A stretch of 39,793 nt of DNA, taken from assembly GCA_009692935.1 (NCBI GenBank), contig SHYE01000002.1, positions 1 through 39,793 of the forward strand, given 5' to 3'. Below, piece by piece: positions 34,330 through 39,793 of the stretch. The notes below the pieces were generated by a model, which made no database searches, was not told where the DNA came from, and saw only the letters and a program-made list of their open reading frames with translations. The translations under genes were made by a program, and so were the position numbers. This DNA is from Dehalococcoidia bacterium. GTDB lineage: Bacteria > Chloroflexota > Dehalococcoidia > SHYD01. Positions within the stretch are counted from its first letter, which is position 1. Every line of letters begins with the position of its first letter.

Positions 34330-35760
34330 CTACGGCTCCACCCTCAGCCGTCCGCCCTCGTACACCAGCGACTGGCCCGAACGTACCGTAAGGCGAGCGG
34401 CCCACGTCTCGCCCGGCAGGTATTCGGCTTGGGCGGGCAAGGCCAAGGCCAGCGCAAACACGCTGGGGTCGGTCAGCACCACCGTGGTGACGCCGGCAGG
34501 GACGGGGAAGACCTGGCGGGTGGGTGTCTTCGTATCGAGCCACACCGAGTTGGTGTACTCGGGCAAGTAGTGCTTCAGTTGCTTGAAGCTGTCGTAGGTG
34601 ACCACCAGCACCGACTCGGGAGGCAGCGTGCGCAAGTAGATGATGCGAGCCGCCACCGATCGGTCGTTCTGCCGCACCCCCCAGAGCGTCAGCGGCCTCT
34701 CGTACAGAAAGAACAGCATGGTGTTGGCCAGCAGCGCCAGCGCCATGCCTGAGGCCAGCACCGTCTGCATGACCTCCGACGGCTTGGACCCGGCCACCGC
34801 TCGCCAACCGGAGACCCCAGCCAGCAGCAGCGCCGGCAGAATGCCGAACACATAGCCAGGGTCGCCGATGTGTACCAACAGGTAGAACAGCCCCATCGGC
34901 GCGACCCAGACCGCCAGCATCAGGTAGCTCGGCCATTCGCTGCGGTGCGGCCGGCGCCAGGCCAGCACGAGCACTCCGGCCACCAGCACCACAGAGGCGT
35001 ACAACGCATACCCTAGATAGAGCGCGGTGTCGGTGACGTTGATCAGCAGGCCGGTCAGGCCGGTCGACGTGGGCGCGTAGCGGGCCACAACGTCGGTACT
35101 GGCGTAGGCGGTGAACACGGTCAGGTACTCGGCCGGCCCACCGGACAACATCATGGCTGGAACCAGCCAGAGCGCGATGCCGCCCACGGCGACCACGCCG
35201 GCGGGGATTAGGCGACCGATTGGCTGGCCCCAAGCGCCGCACAGCAGCAGCGGCAGCAGGAAGACCGCCAGGTCGGGCCGAAAACCCGCTCCCAGTCCAT
35301 ACACCGCCGCTGCCGCCACCAGACGGTTCCGTCCCTCGAATCGTATTCGGTATACCTGCAGTGCCAGTAGCGTGCTGACCGCAGCCAGCGCCGGATACGC
35401 CAACGCGATGCCACCGTAGCTCCAGAAGGTGACGCTGCATAGCAGTGCCAAGGTCGCCGCAACGGCAGGCCACACGCCGAGCCAGGCGCGCCCCAGCAGG
35501 TAGACCGCGGCGACCGCTACGCACTCCAGCAGCACGCTGACCAAGACCAGCGACGCGTTGGGTTCGTGCACCGCTTGGTTGAACAGCCAGGCCAGACCGA
35601 CGTACAGCGGGTATCCCGGTGGGTGCGGTCGATGGAGACGTACGTCATAGTGCTGCAGCGCTAACGCGAAGTTGGCGGCGTCCCAGTTGAATAGGTAGGC
35701 GCTGCGGAACGGCAGGCGCGTCAACACTACCAGTCCCACAAACAGGAATGCCAGATTCAT
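34330..35760 (-). CDS. GT-C fold membrane glycosyltransferase (ArnT/PMT-like)
   Basis: 476 aa with about 11 TM helices. The first loop reads YLFNWDAANFALAL..RLHRPHPPGYPLY, as in GT39/GT83-like enzymes, followed by a soluble C-terminal domain. Confidence 0.7.
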   Translation of the reverse strand: MNLAFLFVGLVVLTRLPFRSAYLFNWDAANFALALQHYDVRLHRPHPPGYPLYVGLAWLFNQAVHEPNASLVLVSVLLECVAVAAVYLLGRAWLGVWPAVAATLALLCSVTFWSYGGIALAYPALAAVSTLLALQVYRIRFEGRNRLVAAAAVYGLGAGFRPDLAVFLLPLLLCGAWGQPIGRLIPAGVVAVGGIALWLVPAMMLSGGPAEYLTVFTAYASTDVVARYAPTSTGLTGLLINVTDTALYLGYALYASVVLVAGVLVLAWRRPHRSEWPSYLMLAVWVAPMGLFYLLVHIGDPGYVFGILPALLLAGVSGWRAVAGSKPSEVMQTVLASGMALALLANTMLFFLYERPLTLWGVRQNDRSVAARIIYLRTLPPESVLVVTYDSFKQLKHYLPEYTNSVWLDTKTPTRQVFPVPAGVTTVVLTDPSVFALALALPAQAEYLPGETWAARLTVRSGQSLVYEGGRLRVEP

Positions 35761-35824
35761 GCCGGCCTGGTGGTCAGTGGGCTTTGAGGGAAGTGGACGT
35801 GCTCAGGGGCGAATGCCACGAAGC

Positions 35825-36799
35825 CTAGACGCCCACGGGTTCGGCGGCGCGGTGTTTGGCAGGCGTGCGCGGCACCGGATGGACCTGCACCCGTGGCAGC
35901 AGCCTCACCACATCGGCGGGCCGGCACGGTTGGGTACCCACGGTGAGGGCGGCGGCAGCCCCGGCCGCCGAACCCAGCCGCAACGCCTCTTCAGGCGAAC
36001 CGCCGTGACTGAGTACCTGCACCATGCCCGCTACCATCGCGTCGCCGGTGCCCACGGTGTTCGAAGCCGCGAGAGCTGGGGGATAGGCTCGCCAGGCACC
36101 CTGACTGGTGACCATGATCGCGCCGCGAGCCCCCTGCGAGAGCACCACGATCTCGACGCCAAGCGCATGAATGCGGTCAGCGGCGTCCAGCATGGGGTCC
36201 TTGCTCTTCGGCAGGTGGCCGAGCAGCCGCTCCACCTCGGCTTGGTTTGGCTTCACCATGTACGGCCTAGCGCCAATGGCCGATCGGAAGGGAGGGCCCT
36301 CAGTGTCGAGGACGCAGCGCACGCCCATCTCGTTGGCCATCTGAATAATGCCGCCGTACACGTCGGTCGAAAGCCCCGGCGGAACCGAGCCGCCAATCAC
36401 CAGCCAATCGCCGGCACTCAGATGCTTGTGCAGGCGACGGGTTAGATTCGCCATATGGTGAGGGTCGGTGTGCGGCCCCGGCTCGTTCAGGGTGGTCGTG
36501 GTGTTGTGCTTCTGGTCGATGATGGTGATATTGGTGCGGGTTTTCCCGGGTATACGCATGAAGTCGGTATAGATGCCCCGTTCCTTCAGCGCCGCCTCCA
36601 CAAAGCGGCCGCGAGTGCCGGCGGCAAAACCCAAAGCGACGCTTTCGCACCCCAACTCTTGCAACGCTCGGGAAACGTTAATGCCCTTGCCGCCCGGATC
36701 GGTGCGGCTCTCCATGATCCGGTTGGCATCGCCGGGGAGAAACTCCTCGAGCAGCACCATCTGGTCAATCGCGGGGTTGAGAGTCAGCGTGTGGATCAT
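35825..36799 (-). CDS. 1-phosphofructokinase family hexose-phosphate kinase (PfkB family)
   Basis: Reads MIHTLTLNPAIDQ...DPGGKGINVSRAL...TVGTGDAMVAG, the PfkB signatures. Confidence 0.85.
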   Translation of the reverse strand: MIHTLTLNPAIDQMVLLEEFLPGDANRIMESRTDPGGKGINVSRALQELGCESVALGFAAGTRGRFVEAALKERGIYTDFMRIPGKTRTNITIIDQKHNTTTTLNEPGPHTDPHHMANLTRRLHKHLSAGDWLVIGGSVPPGLSTDVYGGIIQMANEMGVRCVLDTEGPPFRSAIGARPYMVKPNQAEVERLLGHLPKSKDPMLDAADRIHALGVEIVVLSQGARGAIMVTSQGAWRAYPPALAASNTVGTGDAMVAGMVQVLSHGGSPEEALRLGSAAGAAAALTVGTQPCRPADVVRLLPRVQVHPVPRTPAKHRAAEPVGV

Positions 36800-37239
36800 A
36801 GTGTGTGGGCGTGCTCCAGCGTTCCCATTCTATGGCTGTGAAAGCCGCAACACAATGTCGCCCTGTTAAGGCTGGGGCAGTTGGGGGCGAGGCCGGGTGT
36901 CACACCGGGGGTGGGCGAGGAGGGACCGGCGCGATCGGCGATGGTGGAGCGCGGTTGGCGGGCCTAGGTTCACGGCGTGCGGCAGGCTGGGGCGACTTGC
37001 CGGCGTCAGTCGATGCGCTGCACGATGTCGTGCCGGGGTTGCCAGGCGACTCGCTTCGGGCTCATCACATCCTCCAGACCACTACGGGGCCTTGTGGCGT
37101 TGATACCAACCAAACCAGCGTACTCCTTCGCCCTAGGGTCGGCAAACCTACCCTAGGCCTACGAGACCCTGACGCCGAGGTTACTTGCCACCCCGCGCCC
37201 CTTCCCCTCCCATCCCCCCTCGGCTAGAATGGCGGCACT

Positions 37240-38400
37240 ATGCCAAACGCCAATCTCTCCCGCACCGTCGCCATCGTCGGGGCCGCCGAGTCCGATGAAC
37301 TCGGCGTGGTGCCCCACAAGTCCGCTCTCCAGCATCACGCCGAGGCCGCCCACAACGCGCTGGCCGACGCCGGCCTCAGCGTCAAAGACGTCGACGGCCT
37401 GTTCACCGCCGGGTTCAGCACGCTGATCACCGCCGAGTACATGGGCATCACCCCCCGGTTCAGCGACAGCACGTCGGTGGGCGGCAGCAGCTTTGTGGTG
37501 GAAATTGCCCACGCCCTGGCGGCCATCAACGCCGGCATGTGCGAGGTGGCGGTCATCACCCACGGGCAGACCGGGCGCAGCGGGCGGGCCAGCGGCAACA
37601 GCAGCGGCCTGTACGACCCCAACTTCCCCAACATGCAGTACGAGCAGCCCTACGGCATCATGGGCCCGCCCATCAACTACAGCATGGCCTGCACCCGCTA
37701 CATGCATCAGTACGGCGAGGAACGCACCCGCCAGGCTCTGGCCGAGATTGCGGTAAGCACCCGCAAGTGGGCGCAGATGAACCCCAAGGCGCAAATGCGT
37801 GAGCCGATGAGCTTCGACGACTACCACGCCTCGCGCTGGATCTCGTGGCCATTCCACCTGTTCGACTGCTGTTTGGTGACCGACGCCGGCGCGGCGGTGG
37901 TGCTGACCACGGCGGCCCGCGCCCGCGACCTGCCGAAGAAGCCGGTGTGGGTGCTGGGCGCCGCCGAGTATCACGACCACTTCATGATGAGCCAGATGCC
38001 CGACCTGACCCGCACGCCGGCGTACGTGAGCGGTCCGCTGGCGCTGCAGATGGCGGGCGTGACCCACAATGACATCGACCTGGCGATGATCTACGACAGC
38101 TTCACCTACACGGTGCTGGCCACGCTGGAGAGCCTCGGCTACTGCAAGCCTGGCGAGGGACCCGACTTCGTGGCGAACCAGCGCACGGCGCCCGGCGGCG
38201 ACTTCGCCCTCAACACCAGCGGCGGCGGCCTTAGCTACACGCACCCAGGTATGTACGGCATCTTCCTGCTGGTGGAGGCGGTGCGGCAGCTCCGCGGCGA
38301 GTGCGGTGAGCGCCAGCTCAAGGACCCGAAGCTGTCGCTGGTGAACGGCACCGGCGGCCAACTGTCGTCGACGGGGACGACGGTGCTGGCGGTGGATTAG
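37240..38400 (+). CDS. thiolase-fold protein (SCP-x / lipid-transfer-protein type)
   Basis: 386 aa. Reads VAIVGAAESD...GLFTAG...NTSGGGLSYTHPGMYG.... It pairs with the DUF35 gene downstream. Confidence 0.8.
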   Translation: MPNANLSRTVAIVGAAESDELGVVPHKSALQHHAEAAHNALADAGLSVKDVDGLFTAGFSTLITAEYMGITPRFSDSTSVGGSSFVVEIAHALAAINAGMCEVAVITHGQTGRSGRASGNSSGLYDPNFPNMQYEQPYGIMGPPINYSMACTRYMHQYGEERTRQALAEIAVSTRKWAQMNPKAQMREPMSFDDYHASRWISWPFHLFDCCLVTDAGAAVVLTTAARARDLPKKPVWVLGAAEYHDHFMMSQMPDLTRTPAYVSGPLALQMAGVTHNDIDLAMIYDSFTYTVLATLESLGYCKPGEGPDFVANQRTAPGGDFALNTSGGGLSYTHPGMYGIFLLVEAVRQLRGECGERQLKDPKLSLVNGTGGQLSSTGTTVLAVD

Positions 38401-38405
38401 GGGGA

Positions 38406-38448
38406 CCCTCACCCCAACCCTCTCCCAGAGGGAGAGGGGACCGGAGGG
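38406..38448. repeat. Family B short palindromic repeat
   Basis: ccctcaccccaaccctctcccagagggagaggggaccggaggg. Confidence 0.75.
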
Positions 38449-38488
38449 CGGTGCAACCGGGAACGCGAGGTTTGGGGCGGGTGTTCTA

Positions 38489-38573
38489 CCCTCCCCTAGC
38501 CCCTCCCTGCAAGGGAGGGGAATTGGTTCGGTTCCTCCCCCTTGCAGGGGGAGGTTAGCTGGGGGTTGAAGTC
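38489..38573. repeat. two adjacent Family B hairpins
   Basis: ccctcccctagcccctccctgcaagggaggggaattggttcggttcctcccccttgcagggggaggttagctgggggttgaagtc. Confidence 0.75.
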
Positions 38574-38611
38574 CCTGCCGACAGTCAGCGACTAAGAAAG
38601 GACACACGAAC

Positions 38612-39028
38612 ATGGCCGAGTACACCAAGTCGCTGCCGATACCGCAGCCCGAGTCTGACTTCTATTGGGAGAAGGCGAAGGCGCACGAGCTGTGGCTGAC
38701 CCACTGCGACGACTGCGATAGCACCTACTTCTATCCACGGCCCATCTGCCCGGGCTGCTTCAGCCGGAACACTAAGCCGATGCAGTCCAGCGGCAAGGGC
38801 ACCATCTACACCTATGCGATTGTGCACCGCGCGCCGCTGCCGGGCTGGCGCGACGACGTGCCGTACATTGTGGCGCAGGTGGAGCTGGAGGGCGGCGCTC
38901 GCATACCCACCAACATTGTGGGTGTGGAGCCCGACCCGGCCAACCTGAAGGTGGGGATGGCGGTGGAGGTGGTGTTCGACGACGTGACGGAGAAGATCAC
39001 GCTGCCGAAGTTCAAGCTGGCGGGCTAG
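38612..39028 (+). CDS. Zn-ribbon / OB-fold protein (DUF35 family)
   Basis: 138 aa. Has a rubredoxin-like CDDC..x..CPGC segment followed by an OB-fold tail. It is the classic partner of SCP-x-type thiolases. Confidence 0.85.
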   Translation: MAEYTKSLPIPQPESDFYWEKAKAHELWLTHCDDCDSTYFYPRPICPGCFSRNTKPMQSSGKGTIYTYAIVHRAPLPGWRDDVPYIVAQVELEGGARIPTNIVGVEPDPANLKVGMAVEVVFDDVTEKITLPKFKLAG

Positions 39029-39138
39029 CCGGGCTTGAACCATGAGGGTTCCGTGAAGGCCGCGGTATAATGCTTGCGGTAACAGGAGTCGGCGTGTAGG
39101 CTGGTGCGAGGCGACGCCTTTCGTCCATTGAGCAAGTG

Positions 39139-39231
39139 ATGAATGCCCTTACGGTGGTCGTGTTTGTGGTGGTGCTAGCCCTGGGCTTGGCGATTGCCGC
39201 CGCCCCGGCAGTGCTGCGCGCGTTCACGTAA
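39139..39231 (+). CDS. possible 30-aa single-TM peptide
   Basis: MNALTVVVFVVVLALGLAIAAAPAVLRAFT-TAA. The Shine-Dalgarno is weak. It could equally be chance in GC-rich DNA. Confidence 0.25.
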   Translation: MNALTVVVFVVVLALGLAIAAAPAVLRAFT

Positions 39232-39258
39232 CCAGCGGGAAAAAATGGGGCGGTAGAC

Positions 39259-39793
39259 GGTGAGCAGCAGACTCATGCTCTGGCCGATAGCCCTTATTGC
39301 CGCCTGGCTGGCCCTGTCGGCGGTGACGACAGCACACGCCGCCGGCGCAGGGTAGTTCCGTGCCGGCGTGGCTCGCGCTGCGGCAGCGGCGGCGGGCGAG
39401 GCCTGCCACACTATCATTCCCGCATTGCCCCAGGAGTTCGAGCGTATCGCGACGTTTCGTGGCTATGGGGTGCGCAGCGCAGAACTCTGCTTCGCCTGGG
39501 AGGGCGGGCAGGTCACCGGTCGGTTCGACCTCGCAGCCACTTGGTCCAACGATGACTGCAACCTGCGCGGCTCTGGCCAGAGCACCCTGGCGGGAACTTT
39601 CAGCCCAAAGCAGGTGGACGACCGTATCGTCGGCGGCGCGCTGAAGGGCAGCGCTAGCTCCGGACGGGTTGATATCACCATCAACGGCCGCTGCGACGAT
39701 GACAAGAGTAAAATCACCAACGAGTCGCAGAACCTCAACACCGCCGGCGCGACCTGGGAAGGCAGCGTCGACAATGGCATCCTGTTCGTCACC
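39259..39793 (+). pseudogene. secreted protein gene (runs off the window) with in-frame TAG at 39352-39354 right after the signal peptide
   Basis: Reads (V)SSRLMLWPIALIAAWLALSAVTTAHAAGAG-TAG-FRAGVARAAAAAAGEACHTIIPALPQEFERIATFRGYGVRSAELCFAWEGGQVTGRFDL..., open to the window end in the same frame. Confidence 0.5.

Noticed and set aside
34151-35524. 457-aa minus-strand ORF in a different frame from 34330..35760
   Set aside because: It is Arg/Gly/Pro-rich. The overlapping frame 34330..35760 encodes a coherent multi-TM GT-C protein, so only that frame is called.
37006-37065. 19-codon minus-strand ORF (MSPKRVAWQPRHDIVQRID) with a strong GGAGG Shine-Dalgarno
   Set aside because: It is too short to evaluate and has no partner gene or conservation evidence. 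It may be a remnant 5' end.
37132-37157. 8-bp inverted repeat CCTAGGGT..ACCCTAGG upstream of the thiolase gene
   Set aside because: It is short and built on the self-complementary CCTAGG core. There is not enough evidence to call it an operator.
37159-38628. 489-aa minus-strand ORF
   Set aside because: This is an antisense shadow of the thiolase gene. It also translates Family B repeats (PLSLWERVGVRV-type peptides).
2644-39354. Stop-codon reassignment, selenocysteine or pyrrolysine as an explanation for the in-frame stops
   Set aside because: All three stop codons occur in-frame, and frameshifts are present too. TAG is also the genuine terminator of many intact, tightly spaced genes here (CMD, NIPSNAP, VOC, hydrolase, nadX, HxlR, kinase paralog 2). 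I saw no SECIS-like hairpin after the TGA at 2644. Decay or sequence error is the more economical explanation.

Overview
This is a high-GC (roughly mid-60s % by eye) bacterial chromosomal window. The gene content and the short intergenic repeat families suggest a Chloroflexota-type genome, but that is a low-confidence guess. I recognise about 45 protein-coding loci and no rRNA, tRNA or CRISPR.

Layout:
- 1-15.3 kb is accessory-looking. It holds an IS630 transposase tail, then a tightly packed NIPSNAP / GNAT / DinB-like / VOC / alpha-beta hydrolase / aspartate dehydrogenase block. Next come two orphan 69-aa paralogs divergent from an HxlR regulator plus two APH/EcKL-type kinase-like paralogs, a LigAB-type dioxygenase, an MBL-fold hydrolase, a beta-lactamase-like gene and a HicAB toxin-antitoxin pair.
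- 15.3-25.7 kb is a long minus-strand block. It contains a phosphatidylinositol-mannoside-like lipid operon (CDP-alcohol phosphatidyltransferase, GT4, PHP phosphoesterase, HtrB/PatA-type acyltransferase), a large VWA protein, and coaX / membrane protein / coaBC / sortase / decayed DUF4015 hydrolase.
- 25.7-39.8 kb holds an SDR, biotin carboxylase plus BCCP, two convergent MetE-like (Meth_synt_2) paralogs, a second LigB-type dioxygenase, a GT-C membrane glycosyltransferase, a PfkB kinase and a thiolase + DUF35 pair.

Main observations:
1. Gene decay is unusually dense. At least 8 in-frame stop codons and 3 frame changes fall in 8-9 accessory genes, several genes are hit more than once, and every housekeeping gene is intact.
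2. Three families of short palindromic repeats fill almost every intergenic gap. One forms a 2.5-copy, ~153-bp tandem array between the convergent MetE-like genes.
3. The two tandem 69-aa paralogs with the HxlR regulator and kinase-like genes form an uncharacterised module.
4. A PHP phosphoesterase sits inside the PIM-like operon and is a candidate for the PIP phosphatase step.

All family assignments come from reading motifs by eye. No database search was run.
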